64,000 nucleotides of DNA from Candidatus Kaiserbacteria bacterium (GTDB lineage Bacteria > Patescibacteriota > Minisyncoccia > Phycocordibacterales > UBA918). Positions 20,355 to 30,509 of this stretch are shown in pieces. Made by a program: the position numbers and the translations under genes. Numbering within the stretch: position 1 is the first letter of the stretch; each line of letters starts with the position of its first letter. The stretch is taken from assembly GCA_031430855.1 (NCBI GenBank), contig JANPCG010000015.1, positions 68,522 through 132,521 of the forward strand. Reading direction: 5' to 3'. A model generated the notes under the pieces. That model ran no database searches and was not told where the DNA came from. It saw only the letters and a program-made list of their open reading frames with translations.

Positions 20355-21275
20355 TCAGGTTCCTTTCATTGTCCTGAGATACATGAGTAACATTTCGCCG
20401 AGCGGTTGATGCGATGTTATCAAGCGCTCGGAGAGTTCGTTTACGGGACACCAGTAGATGGCGTCAATGTCATCACTTGCCGACGCTTGGCCCCAGGTGT
20501 GCGTGAGCACAAAGAGGTCAGTCATCACTTCATCTGGTTCGTCGCGGTATCTGAAGTCACGGATGCGCCGTGATCCCACGAGAATCGGATTGTCGACCTT
20601 GATGGCGCCCAGTTCCTCGGTCGCTTCACGGATTGCTGCCGCCCCCCGAGATTCGTCTGTCGGATCAACGAAGCCACCAATGAAACGCCATCGGCCGCCA
20701 TCTTCACGTTTCTGTCCGAGCCAGACATGTGTTCGTCCACCGTCCATCACCGCCATATCGACGGTTGAGAAGACGATGGGAAAACGAGTCATCGACGCCG
20801 CAATAAAGCCACGTCTGTAGTCACGACCAGGTGGGTAGTGTCCCGCCAGGTGTTCAGCCTTGATCTGGTTTCGGATTGTCGTTCCCGATGGAGCATCGAC
20901 CGGATCGATAACGCGAACGGGAAAGATGCCAGAATAGTAACCAGCAAAACCATCCCGCGATGCGTAGAGGGTAACCGACTCATTCGGGAAATAGGTCCGA
21001 ATGAGTTGGTCGAGACTTTTGCTCCATTTCGCGTCAGACGGTTGGTCGTGCAAAGTAACGACTCGCGTGACGGTAGGAATTTCTTCCTGGACCATCGCTA
21101 CCCGGATATCTCCGGGCAAGGGGTGAACCGGTCCGGGGATTTTCACCCGATCGCCGATTACGACCAAACTGTGATCATTTTCTGATTGCATGGTAGCAAT
21201 CAAGTGACGGTGTCCGGCATGTAGGGTGTCAACCTGCAGCCGGGCAACGACAACGCCAACGGTAGAAGTTTTCAT
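20355..21275 (-). CDS. Bifunctional NMN adenylyltransferase / Nudix hydrolase (NadM-Nudix)
   Basis: HAGH nucleotidyltransferase motif, SGT, Nudix box GGFVD...REATEELG; AGGAGA SD. Confidence 0.88.
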   Translation of the reverse strand: MKTSTVGVVVARLQVDTLHAGHRHLIATMQSENDHSLVVIGDRVKIPGPVHPLPGDIRVAMVQEEIPTVTRVVTLHDQPSDAKWSKSLDQLIRTYFPNESVTLYASRDGFAGYYSGIFPVRVIDPVDAPSGTTIRNQIKAEHLAGHYPPGRDYRRGFIAASMTRFPIVFSTVDMAVMDGGRTHVWLGQKREDGGRWRFIGGFVDPTDESRGAAAIREATEELGAIKVDNPILVGSRRIRDFRYRDEPDEVMTDLFVLTHTWGQASASDDIDAIYWCPVNELSERLITSHQPLGEMLLMYLRTMKGT

Positions 21276-21320
21276 AGAGGTTTCTCCTAATTGTGAGTGT
21301 CAAAGAACCGAAAGATGCAG

Positions 21321-21341
21321 TTAGTGTTAATATAACACTAA
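21321..21341. promoter_or_regulatory. NrtR-like operator 1
   Basis: TTAGT-GT-TAATATA-AC-ACTAA, a 21-bp palindrome with GT-N7-AC core. Confidence 0.7.
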
Positions 21342-21405
21342 CTAAAGACAGAACGTATGGCGCACACGGTGTGCACCAGCCCCTGTCCGTATCTATCTAT
21401 GAACA

Positions 21406-21445
21406 AGGATAGCAAATCAGTTAGTTATTGTCAAATATACAATAA
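21406..21445 (-). promoter_or_regulatory. Sigma70 promoter of the NAD operon, overlapped by NrtR-like operator 2
   Basis: Minus-strand TTGACA (21434-21429), 17 bp, TATCCT (21411-21406); palindrome TTATT-GT-CAAATAT-AC-AATAA at 21425-21445. Confidence 0.7.
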
Positions 21446-21511
21446 CTAAGCTGTGGATACTTATTTTTGGTTTCCGTATGTCCGAAGTTTCAAGCGGAGT
21501 TCTTGCGAGAC

Positions 21512-23569
21512 TCACTTTTTTCGTTGTAAGATTCGAGCGATTATGAGAGACGCTACAAAGATACCGAAGGAGAGCAAAAGAAAAGTAGTATTGACGGCCT
21601 CTGTACTAAAACCATGTTCAGAAATCTCAGTCACACTCAAAGAGGCTCCGACCGCAACAAAGGTCGTAATCCCCAGGATTGAACCTACAATGGTGGCAAT
21701 TATGTACGGCATAAATGGGATACGCAAAAACCCCGCTCCGTAATTAACTCCGTCGTACGGCAGGAAGAGAAGCCTCATGGTAAGAATGGTCATAAATGGT
21801 TTCGTGCGACAGGCACTACTAAATCGGCCAAAGAGTGATGAAGATGATTGGGGTGAAGGGTTACTAAAATATCGACCAATGGCGTACGCGAGTGTAGCCG
21901 AGAGATTCGCTCCGATGAGGGTGTAGAAGACACCTCCCCATAAGCCAAAAAATACACCGGAAAGGACAGTGAGAATGGTTCCTGGAATAAATGTTATTGG
22001 ACGAAGGGTATAGGCGATAATATATAGTACGGGTCCCCAAGCAGTTTTAGTAATGAGGTCAAAAAGCTTGATTGCGAGTTCGGTTACCGTGAGTCCTGTC
22101 CGCGCTTGATACGAAAATACCGCAATAATAAGCCCGACCCAGACACTTAATACGATGAGTTTCGGTAAAAATCGTTTCAGTATATTGCGACAATCGGTAC
22201 GGAGACTTTTAACTTGGGCAGCAAAGAAATAATCACCAGCTTTTTTTATAAGCAGACTATAGGTAGGGTACGCAAACATCGTTCGACGGAGTTTCCATAA
22301 TGAAAGGTTATGTTCCATCGCGACGGTAAAAACGGCGAGGAGTTCACCCGCCTGTGGGCCAGCCGTATGGACACCCAAAATTTTTCCTGAGAAACGCCGT
22401 GCAATTACGACTACTATTCCTTTGGTGGCACTGTCGGTTCGAGCACGGTCATTTACACTCAAGGGTACTTCAATTCGGTGGATGCGCTCACTGCCGTAGA
22501 GAGTAATTGCTTCAGTTTCCGATAGTCCAATCTGCGCGAGTTCAGGGTCGGTGTAGGTTACTTTGGGTACGTGTTTAGTTTTAATGCGAGTTAGTCCCTT
22601 GGTTGCGATCCGAGCAACAACTTGTCGTGCGATATCATCGGCTTGATGGGTAAATTTAAATCTATCCGCACAATCACCAAGTGCATATATATGATGGTTA
22701 CGAGTTTGGTAATTATGATTAACCGAAATTCCAAATTCAGTCGAAGTAACGTTAGCTACTTCAAGTCCCGTCGGAAGATTAGGAATTCTACCAATCGCAA
22801 CGAGAACTTTATCAAAGGGGACGCCTATAACTTCTCCCCCGGACCCTGTTTCAATAGTGGCAGTTTTAGACCCAACTGAGGCGAGGTGAGCTTCTCCAAT
22901 AAAAGTAATTCCGAGTGTATCAAAATGATGTTGAATGACTGAGGCAACACTCAAGTCCTCTAATTTTCCGAGTGTGAGTCCGCTATCGACAATCGTTACC
23001 TGACTTCCTAAGAGGGCTAACGCTTGCCCCATTTCGAGACCAATTGGTCCAGCTCCAATGATGAGTGTTCGCTTCGGTATATCTTCGAGTGTAAAAAGAT
23101 TTTGGTTAGTAAGGATGTCTGAGTCGTTAAGTCCGGGCACCTCAATTTGTCGAGGTCGTGAACCGGTTGCAATTATGGCGGTATTAAATCGATATGATGT
23201 TCCATTAACCGAAAGAGTTTGTTTACCGGTAAAGATAGCCTCTCCCATAATGACGGTAATACCCTTAGCCAAAAAGGCAGCGGGATTTTCTTCTTGTGAA
23301 AATTCATTAACGACGTTGCGAACGTATGAAAACGCCCCCCGTCTGAAATCTTCTGTGTGGCCATTTATACCGGAGATTGAGATGGCGGTTGCGTAGGTTT
23401 TGGCGTGGTGGAGGAGCGCCTTGCTTGGAATACAGCCCGAATGTGTACATTCACCTCCGATGTGTTCACGTTCAATTAACAGAACAGATTTACCGATGTT
23501 TCGCAGTCCAACTGCGGCGGTGAGTCCACCTGATCCCGCTCCAACTACGATGACGTCAAAATGTTGCAT
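21512..23569 (-). CDS. Pyridine nucleotide-disulfide oxidoreductase (MerA/Lpd-like) fused to a C-terminal DedA/VTT membrane domain
   Basis: GAGSGG, GGECTHSGCIPSK and GAGPIG; C-terminal FIPGTIL...FG...RLLFLPYD. Confidence 0.85.
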   Translation of the reverse strand: MQHFDVIVVGAGSGGLTAAVGLRNIGKSVLLIEREHIGGECTHSGCIPSKALLHHAKTYATAISISGINGHTEDFRRGAFSYVRNVVNEFSQEENPAAFLAKGITVIMGEAIFTGKQTLSVNGTSYRFNTAIIATGSRPRQIEVPGLNDSDILTNQNLFTLEDIPKRTLIIGAGPIGLEMGQALALLGSQVTIVDSGLTLGKLEDLSVASVIQHHFDTLGITFIGEAHLASVGSKTATIETGSGGEVIGVPFDKVLVAIGRIPNLPTGLEVANVTSTEFGISVNHNYQTRNHHIYALGDCADRFKFTHQADDIARQVVARIATKGLTRIKTKHVPKVTYTDPELAQIGLSETEAITLYGSERIHRIEVPLSVNDRARTDSATKGIVVVIARRFSGKILGVHTAGPQAGELLAVFTVAMEHNLSLWKLRRTMFAYPTYSLLIKKAGDYFFAAQVKSLRTDCRNILKRFLPKLIVLSVWVGLIIAVFSYQARTGLTVTELAIKLFDLITKTAWGPVLYIIAYTLRPITFIPGTILTVLSGVFFGLWGGVFYTLIGANLSATLAYAIGRYFSNPSPQSSSSLFGRFSSACRTKPFMTILTMRLLFLPYDGVNYGAGFLRIPFMPYIIATIVGSILGITTFVAVGASLSVTEISEHGFSTEAVNTTFLLLSFGIFVASLIIARILQRKK

Positions 23570-24000
23570 ATGCGGGCGATTTCAATTTATGGATAAGGTG
23601 TACATCCATAATACCCTATTCTTCCGATTCCTTATCCTCGCCATTATCCCTGGAGTAGCGTACGTGTCGAAGCGGAGCTGATAAATATAATGAATCAGAT
23701 CCATGGTACCTGGTGGAGCACATGGCGCCAAATCATGGGGGGATTTTGTTACGAGCGGTAATGTTGAAGACTAAAACGGTTTATGGTAACAACGAAAGAG
23801 CTTGCGGGTAAGCTGTGTCATTGACTGTGTCGGGGCATTTTTAGATAGGCAATCATTGAGTTAGAGTCTATTGCTGATTTAGAGGTTATACCGTATAGTA
23901 CTGGCACCTTGCCAAACCTTGGCAATTTTCTTTTCTCATTCGCACCCCAAACCGCGTACTTTGAAAGGATAAACATTAATTAATAACGTATTTATAGTAT

Positions 24001-26172
24001 ATGGCTCGAGAATTTCCGATTAATCGCATGCGTAATTTCGGTATTGTGGCGCACGTTGACGCTGGTAAAACCACGACGTCTGAACGAGTTCTTTTTTATA
24101 CCGGAATGTCCCACAAAATTGGTGAAGTACACGATGGTGCTACGGTAACTGACTGGATGGAACAAGAGCGAGAACGTGGTATTACGATTACCGCGGCGGC
24201 GATTTCCTGTAACTGGTCTAAATCTGAAGTGGTGGACCGTAAAGATCGGTCGCAGATGTACAACTTTAACATCATTGACACTCCCGGCCACATTGACTTT
24301 ACGGCTGAAGTAAAGCGTTCAATGCGTGTACTTGATGGAGCGGTCGTCGTGTTTGACTCAGTAGCTGGGGTAGAGCCACAATCTGAAACGAACTGGGGTT
24401 ATGCTGACGAGGCTGGGGTGCCACGTATTTGTTTTGTAAATAAAATGGACCGCCTGGGAGCCGACTTTGAAAAGTCGTATGCCAGTATCCTTGACCGACT
24501 CTCAAAGAAAGCGGTTCGAATCCAACTACCGTGGGGTGCTGAGGATCAGCTCAAAGGAGTCATTGATTTGATTAAGATGAAGGCCTTTGTGTTTGAAGGT
24601 GAAATGGGGATGACTGTTCGAGAAGTAGAGATCCCTGCCGAACTACAAGCTGATGCCGAAAAATACCGCGCAGAGCTTATTGAGCGTGTAGTAGAGCATG
24701 ACGACGCGATGATGGAGGCCTTCCTCGAAGGTAATTTGCCAACCGATGCTGACCTCAAAGCAACGTTGCGTAAGGCGGTCTTGGGTAACCAGCTCTTCCC
24801 GGTGATGACGGGTTCAGCCCTCAAAAATATTGGGGTACAGCTCGTGCTCGATGCGGTGGTTGATTACCTACCAGCTCCGACTGATTTGCCACCAGTTCGT
24901 GGAATTAATCCAAAAGATGATTCAGAAGTCACCCGTACGGCGAGCGATGAAGAACCGTTCTGTTCACTCGCGTTTAAGTTGCAGACTGACCCATTTGTTG
25001 GACAGCTGACCTTCTTCCGGGTTTACTCAGGTGTGGTAAAAGCCGGAAGTTATATTTATAACTCAACCACAGGTGAACGTGAACGACTCGGGCGAATTGT
25101 ACGACTCCAAGCTGACAAGCGAACTGAAATCGAAGAGGTATACGCGGGAGAAATTGCTGCCGGAGTAGGACTCAAAGACGTGAAGACATCGCATACACTC
25201 TGTGATGAAGCAAAGCCAATCATTCTCGAACAAATTGTCTTCCCAATGCCCGTGGTAGCAATGCGCGTTGAACCTAAAACTAAAAACGACCAAGAAAAGA
25301 TGGGGACTGCACTCCGTAAACTGGCAGATGAAGATCCAACCTTTATCGTATCGTCAGATGCTGAAACAATGGAAACAATTATCGCGGGTATGGGAGAACT
25401 CCACTTGGAAATTCTTGTTGACCGTATGAAGCGTGAGTTTGGAGTTGAGGCAAACGTGGGTGCTCCTCAGGTAGCCTACCGCGAGACGATTCAGCGCGCA
25501 GCCGAAGCCGAATACAAGTACGTCAAACAATCAGGAGGTAAGGGTCAGTACGGTCACGTTAAGATCCGCATCAAGCCACTTGAAGCGCTTGATCCAGAAG
25601 CGAAGGTTGCAAAAAATGTCACTCGTGAAGATCATTTTGAGTTCGTCAACAGTATTAAGGGAGGGGTAATTCCACAGGAATTCATCCCAGCCGTTATGAA
25701 GGGTGCCAAAGAAGCAATGGCCCGCGGTCAAGTTGCTGGCTACAAAATGGAAGATGTTTCTGTCGAGTTGTACGATGGTAGTTACCATGATGTTGACTCT
25801 TCGGAAATTGCCTTTAAACTAGCCTCTATTTATGCCTTCCGTGAAGCAGCGAAGAAGGCGAGTGCCGTGCTCTTGGAGCCAGTCATGAAGATTGAAATTC
25901 GTACCCCTGAGCAGTTCATGGGCGATGTCAACGGAAATATTTCAAGTAAGCGTGGACAGGTAGAAAGTATGGGTGAATTAGGTGACAAAAAAGTGGTTAC
26001 AGCATCGGTACCGCTTTCAGAGATGTTCGGGTACACGAATACCCTGCGCTCAATGACCCAAGGTCGGGCGAGTATGACGATGACCTTTGACCACTACGAT
26101 GTTGTACCGCCAAACGTATCATTGGAGATTCGTAAGGCAAGAGGCGTCAAAGACATAGAAACCGAAGAATAA
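24001..26172 (+). CDS. fusA: Elongation factor G
   Basis: AHVDAGKTT, RGITI, DTPGH and GMGELHL. Confidence 0.98.
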   Translation: MAREFPINRMRNFGIVAHVDAGKTTTSERVLFYTGMSHKIGEVHDGATVTDWMEQERERGITITAAAISCNWSKSEVVDRKDRSQMYNFNIIDTPGHIDFTAEVKRSMRVLDGAVVVFDSVAGVEPQSETNWGYADEAGVPRICFVNKMDRLGADFEKSYASILDRLSKKAVRIQLPWGAEDQLKGVIDLIKMKAFVFEGEMGMTVREVEIPAELQADAEKYRAELIERVVEHDDAMMEAFLEGNLPTDADLKATLRKAVLGNQLFPVMTGSALKNIGVQLVLDAVVDYLPAPTDLPPVRGINPKDDSEVTRTASDEEPFCSLAFKLQTDPFVGQLTFFRVYSGVVKAGSYIYNSTTGERERLGRIVRLQADKRTEIEEVYAGEIAAGVGLKDVKTSHTLCDEAKPIILEQIVFPMPVVAMRVEPKTKNDQEKMGTALRKLADEDPTFIVSSDAETMETIIAGMGELHLEILVDRMKREFGVEANVGAPQVAYRETIQRAAEAEYKYVKQSGGKGQYGHVKIRIKPLEALDPEAKVAKNVTREDHFEFVNSIKGGVIPQEFIPAVMKGAKEAMARGQVAGYKMEDVSVELYDGSYHDVDSSEIAFKLASIYAFREAAKKASAVLLEPVMKIEIRTPEQFMGDVNGNISSKRGQVESMGELGDKKVVTASVPLSEMFGYTNTLRSMTQGRASMTMTFDHYDVVPPNVSLEIRKARGVKDIETEE

Positions 26173-26305
26173 TTAATAAAAAAGCACCCCTTCGGGGGTG
26201 CTTTTTTATTAATTATTCTTCGTATGTCTTTGACGGACCCTGCGAGCTACTTTGTAACCAAGAGGAAACAAAGTAGCCACAGGGTGTACAGTTCCTGTAA
26301 GGAAT
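26145..26305 (+). repeat. Extended fusA terminator palindrome fused to family T copy E
   Basis: Inverted repeat with ~41 paired bases per arm centred on GCACCCC-TTCG-GGGGTGC; then CCCTG..CAGGG, TGTAC and TTCC-TGTAA-GGAA. Confidence 0.78.
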
Positions 26306-26446
26306 CAAACTGGGTTAAGTAATCAATATATTTTCTCTACGAACTTTTACAACAATGAGACCCCTTCAGGGCGCTTTTTGTTTGCCTGTAGTTTGTGCAT
26401 AACTTTTCTACATTAATTTTAGACGTCAACTATACTATATTTACGT

Positions 26447-27736
26447 ATGTTAAATATTTACAAGTGCAGTAATCGAGCAGTCGGTATTTTATTTCTAGGT
26501 TTTGTTGCTGCGGGATTTCTATTTTTTGTATCGCCAGCTTCAGCTCAGATACTCTCAGCCCAACCAGCGCCAGCTGGGTTGCCCGGTTCTTCATTTGATC
26601 TTGATGGCTACCTCTGGAGTAGTACGATTGGGTGGGTGTCACTCAATTGTCGGACAGGTAGCGCAACGGGAGCCAGTGTCTGTCCAGGCTCACCTGGCGG
26701 GGGTCCTAAATCTGATTATAAAGTTGAGGTTGATTCCTCCACGGGAGCAGTGTCTGGTTACGCCTGGAGCAGTAATATTGGGTGGATTCGTTTTGGTGGA
26801 TTAAGTAATTTCCCTTCTGAAGGAGGGAATACTCAACTTAATGCCATGATGTCGGGTAACTATAGTGCAATGACGTTATATGGCTGGGCCCGAGCCTGCG
26901 CGGGCACAAACTCTGCGGCCGGCACTTGTAGCTCAATGGGTAATAATCCAAATTCGGGCAGTTGGGATGGCTGGATTTCATTACGAGGTGCTGCGCCAGA
27001 TTATGGCATTAGTACCAATCGAACGAGGACTACTGGGGCAGGAATCGCCAGTACCTCATTTGCCTGGGGAAGTACTGTCGTGGGATGGATTGGGTTTGAT
27101 TTAATTAAATTATTACTCCCGACCGCTACCTTAACGGGTACCGGGTGTACCATTGCCGTTGGTGCGAGCACGTGTGTTGCCAGCCTTGATTGGGAATTCA
27201 GTACCGACCCTACCGTACCAAGTCGCTCCATTCGACAAACAAGCCCTGTAGTAGTAACTAATATTGGCGGCGTAATACCCCCAAATGTTGGTAGTGCAGC
27301 AATTGACTTAACTGACGGCGGAAATGTAATTAGGGCATATTCAGCTTCTACAGAACTTGCGGTGCTTACTCTTACAGGTAGTTGTAATGCGCCAAATGAT
27401 TTCTTTACTCCGCCGGGAATTTGTGACCAGTTACCACCAACCGTTACTATTTCAACTGATAAAGAAGTGATTCGGTCGGGTGAAACGGTAACGATTAGGT
27501 GGACTATCACCCCGCCTGCAGGAGCCGCTGCGCTTTCTCCGACTACCTCATGTCGAGTGTATGGCCCAGGTATGCCAACTGGCGCACAGGGTATTGGTGG
27601 AGGTAACTCTGTGTCCTTGCCGATAAATAACGCTACGGCTTTTTCAGTTATTTGTAACGGAACCTTCAGCGCTTCAATGGGGCCAGCAGATGCCCAGGTT
27701 TCGGTTGAGGTAGTACCAATAAACCAGGAGGTCTAA
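26447..27736 (+). CDS. Secreted Cys/Gly/Trp-rich surface protein
   Basis: Signal peptide (ASA), repeated GY(A/L)WSSxIGW motifs, Ig-like C-terminus. Confidence 0.78.
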   Translation: MLNIYKCSNRAVGILFLGFVAAGFLFFVSPASAQILSAQPAPAGLPGSSFDLDGYLWSSTIGWVSLNCRTGSATGASVCPGSPGGGPKSDYKVEVDSSTGAVSGYAWSSNIGWIRFGGLSNFPSEGGNTQLNAMMSGNYSAMTLYGWARACAGTNSAAGTCSSMGNNPNSGSWDGWISLRGAAPDYGISTNRTRTTGAGIASTSFAWGSTVVGWIGFDLIKLLLPTATLTGTGCTIAVGASTCVASLDWEFSTDPTVPSRSIRQTSPVVVTNIGGVIPPNVGSAAIDLTDGGNVIRAYSASTELAVLTLTGSCNAPNDFFTPPGICDQLPPTVTISTDKEVIRSGETVTIRWTITPPAGAAALSPTTSCRVYGPGMPTGAQGIGGGNSVSLPINNATAFSVICNGTFSASMGPADAQVSVEVVPINQEV

Positions 27737-27755
27737 TCTAGTAATCACCACTATC

Positions 27756-27938
27756 ATGCAACCCAGTCCTGGTATACATCGAAGTCATCTGCAACTTATT
27801 ATCAGTTTAGGTTTAATGGGTTTACTGTTGAGTATACTCGGCGGCTATGCCTATTATGGAGTGTATCCAAGTACATTTCTAAATGGCCAGATTGAAGTAA
27901 CTGAGCTCGACTCAGTCGACATATCACTTAGGGAGTAG
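27756..27938 (+). CDS. Small single-pass membrane protein
   Basis: One TM helix; co-oriented with its neighbours. Confidence 0.45.
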   Translation: MQPSPGIHRSHLQLIISLGLMGLLLSILGGYAYYGVYPSTFLNGQIEVTELDSVDISLRE

Positions 27939-27975
27939 TGACGGTCCTTATAAATCATAAATTTATCTCACAAGT

Positions 27976-28389
27976 ATGAATTCAGAACAAGATGAGTACG
28001 CGACACCAACTTCTTCAATGTCAGATCCAAGGTCTCATCAGACTTTCATTATTATTGTTTTGTTAGCAACCCTAGTCGCTATTGTGGGTGGATATATTTA
28101 TATGGGGATGTGGTGGGCGAAGCAAGCGACGGTACTGGTTGCAGTAGAAGACGTTCCGGTTACAGAAGTTTCTGTACCTGAAGAATCTGATCGTAGACAA
28201 CAAATTTTTAACGCGCTCGAGCAAGCTACGACGTCAGCTACGACTGAAGAACGAGAGGCAATTATAAATGCTCTTGAAGAAACTTCTATGACAGCATCGG
28301 AGGAACGAAAGGCGGCCATACTGGAGGCTCTCAATAGCCCGTCCTCAGCTCCAGGGGGAACTGCTACTAGTGGCGAGGGACGACCGTAA
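27976..28389 (+). CDS. Single-pass membrane protein with short helical repeats
   Basis: TM helix followed by three (E/D)R..I..AL repeats. Confidence 0.65.
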   Translation: MNSEQDEYATPTSSMSDPRSHQTFIIIVLLATLVAIVGGYIYMGMWWAKQATVLVAVEDVPVTEVSVPEESDRRQQIFNALEQATTSATTEEREAIINALEETSMTASEERKAAILEALNSPSSAPGGTATSGEGRP

Positions 28390-28689
28390 TGTTTCTTACG
28401 ACGTTTTGTATTCGATTAAGGCCTGAGGGTTATGTTGCCTAATAAATCCAAGACCAGAGTCTTCTCAAAGGCTCTGGTCTTGTGTTTTTTTATCAATCTG
28501 GTACCATTGCCGCACCGACTCAGCTAGAAATAGCTGTATCGGAGCAATTTATACTCGCTCCTTTACACGTATTGTGTGCCCAGCCGTCCCGCGACTTGTT
28601 CTCGCCGAGACGGATGTGCAGACAAACACCGCTTTTTTATACTGTAAAAAAGCAGCTGTGTGCGGTTTATTATCTAAATTATCTAAGAT

Positions 28690-29886
28690 ATGGCTCAACA
28701 AGACTTTGACCGATCAAAGCCGCACATCAACGTAGGGACCATTGGTCACGTTGACCACGGCAAGACCACTTTAACTGCAGCGATTTTAACGGTACTCAAC
28801 CAAAAAGGAGGTGGCTATACTGCTACTACCAAGGGAGTAGATGAAATCGATAAAGCCCCAGAAGAAAAGGCGCGAGGCATCACGATTTCACTTTCACACA
28901 GTGAATATGAAACGCCGACTCGTCACTACGCACACATTGATGCTCCAGGACACGCTGACTATATCAAAAACATGATTACTGGTGCAGCCCAGATGGACGG
29001 TGCTGTACTCGTGGTGGCAGCAACTGATGGAGCGATGCCACAGACACGCGAACACGTACTTTTGGCAAAGCAAGTTGGAGTTCCAAACATTATCGTATTC
29101 CTCAATAAGTGCGATATGGTTGATGATGCAGAAATGATTGAACTCGTTGAAGAAGAACTTCGTGAACTCCTTACTAAGAACGGTTTTGATGGGGTGAATG
29201 CACCAATCATCAAAGGTTCTGGACTCAAAGCGCTTGAAGATCCAACGTCAGACTGGGGTCAGAAAGTAGTTGACCTGGTTGATGCGATGGACTCATTCTT
29301 CCCATTGCCAGTTCGTGATCTCGACAAGCCGTTTCTGATGCCGGTAGAAGACATCTTCTCAATTGAAGGTCGCGGTACCGTAGTAACAGGTCGTGTAGAG
29401 CGCGGAAAGGTAAAGGTTGGTGAGACTATTCAGATCGTTGGTATCAAAGATACGGCAGAGACGACAGTGACGGGAGTTGAAATGTTCAACAAGCAATTGG
29501 ATCAGGCGCAAGCGGGAGACAATGCGGGAATCTTGCTCCGCGGTACAAAGAAAGAAGATGTACATCGCGGTCAGGTACTCGCTGCAAAGAACTCAGTAAC
29601 ACCACACACTGAATTCGAAGCTGAAGTATACATCCTTTCAAAAGACGAAGGTGGGCGTCACACACCATTTTTCTCAGGTTACAAGCCACAGTTCTACATC
29701 CGTACAACGGACGTAACGGGTGAAGTTACTTTGATGGAAGGGGTAGAAATGACTATGCCAGGAGACACTGCAACCTTTAAGGTAAAATTGGTAGCCCCAG
29801 TTGCGCTTGAAGAAGGAGGTAACTTCGCGATTCGAGAGGGAGGGAAGACTGTAGGCGCCGGGGTTGTAACAAAAATCGTAGCATAA
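28690..29886 (+). CDS. tuf: Elongation factor Tu
   Basis: [21 protein letters not shown] and [10 protein letters not shown]. Confidence 0.99.
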   Translation: MAQQDFDRSKPHINVGTIGHVDHGKTTLTAAILTVLNQKGGGYTATTKGVDEIDKAPEEKARGITISLSHSEYETPTRHYAHIDAPGHADYIKNMITGAAQMDGAVLVVAATDGAMPQTREHVLLAKQVGVPNIIVFLNKCDMVDDAEMIELVEEELRELLTKNGFDGVNAPIIKGSGLKALEDPTSDWGQKVVDLVDAMDSFFPLPVRDLDKPFLMPVEDIFSIEGRGTVVTGRVERGKVKVGETIQIVGIKDTAETTVTGVEMFNKQLDQAQAGDNAGILLRGTKKEDVHRGQVLAAKNSVTPHTEFEAEVYILSKDEGGRHTPFFSGYKPQFYIRTTDVTGEVTLMEGVEMTMPGDTATFKVKLVAPVALEEGGNFAIREGGKTVGAGVVTKIVA

Positions 29887-30008
29887 CAATCGCTGAAATT
29901 AACTTATCTACTTTGTCAGAACTGCAGTTTGGTCAGTCGCCGTATAAAAATACGTCTTCTTTCCAAACTTTGCTCTTCCTCGTATCTAAGACAATTTCAA
30001 CAATTGTT
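29885..30008. repeat. Long imperfect hairpin, family H copy 4
   Basis: TATCTACTT...TCGTATCTA motifs, AGTTTGG/CCAAACT, apical CGTAT-AAAA-ATACG. Confidence 0.68.
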
Positions 30009-30049
30009 TAATACAGATAAGGCAGAGAATTAAAATCACTGAAATTATT

Positions 30050-30400
30050 ATGGCAACTCCAACAACCAAAAAAACCAAAGCTGGTGCCGATGTGGTTGCA
30101 AAACTGCGTATCCGAGTGCGTGCCTTCGAGCACAAAATCCTCGATAGCTCAGTCAAGCAAATCATCGATACTGCCCTACGGTTTGACGCCGAAGTAGTCG
30201 GCCCGATTCCACTTCCAACTGAAATCAAGAAATACACCGTGAACCGGGCGTCGTTCGTATACAAAGACGCGCGAGAACAATTCGAAATGCGAACTCATAA
30301 ACGAGTTATCGACATTATGAACCCGAGTCCAAAAGTGATTGAAGCCCTCACCAATCTTTCATTGCCGTCCGGCGTGAATATTGACGTGAAGATGATGTAG
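30050..30400 (+). CDS. rpsJ: 30S ribosomal protein S10
   Basis: GPIPLPT and REQFEMRTHKR. Confidence 0.98.
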   Translation: MATPTTKKTKAGADVVAKLRIRVRAFEHKILDSSVKQIIDTALRFDAEVVGPIPLPTEIKKYTVNRASFVYKDAREQFEMRTHKRVIDIMNPSPKVIEALTNLSLPSGVNIDVKMM

Positions 30401-30439
30401 TTTTTTACTCCTTAAAAAACTCCTCCCTGCATTCGCTCG

Positions 30440-30477
30440 GACGCAAAATCCCCTACATTCGTAGGGGATTTTGCGTC
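30440..30477. repeat. Perfect 17-bp hairpin after rpsJ
   Basis: GACGCAAAATCCCCTAC-ATTC-GTAGGGGATTTTGCGTC, flanked on both sides by GCTCG. Confidence 0.7.
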
Positions 30478-30509
30478 GCTCGGCTCATTTAGTAGTAAAG
30501 CAAAACATC

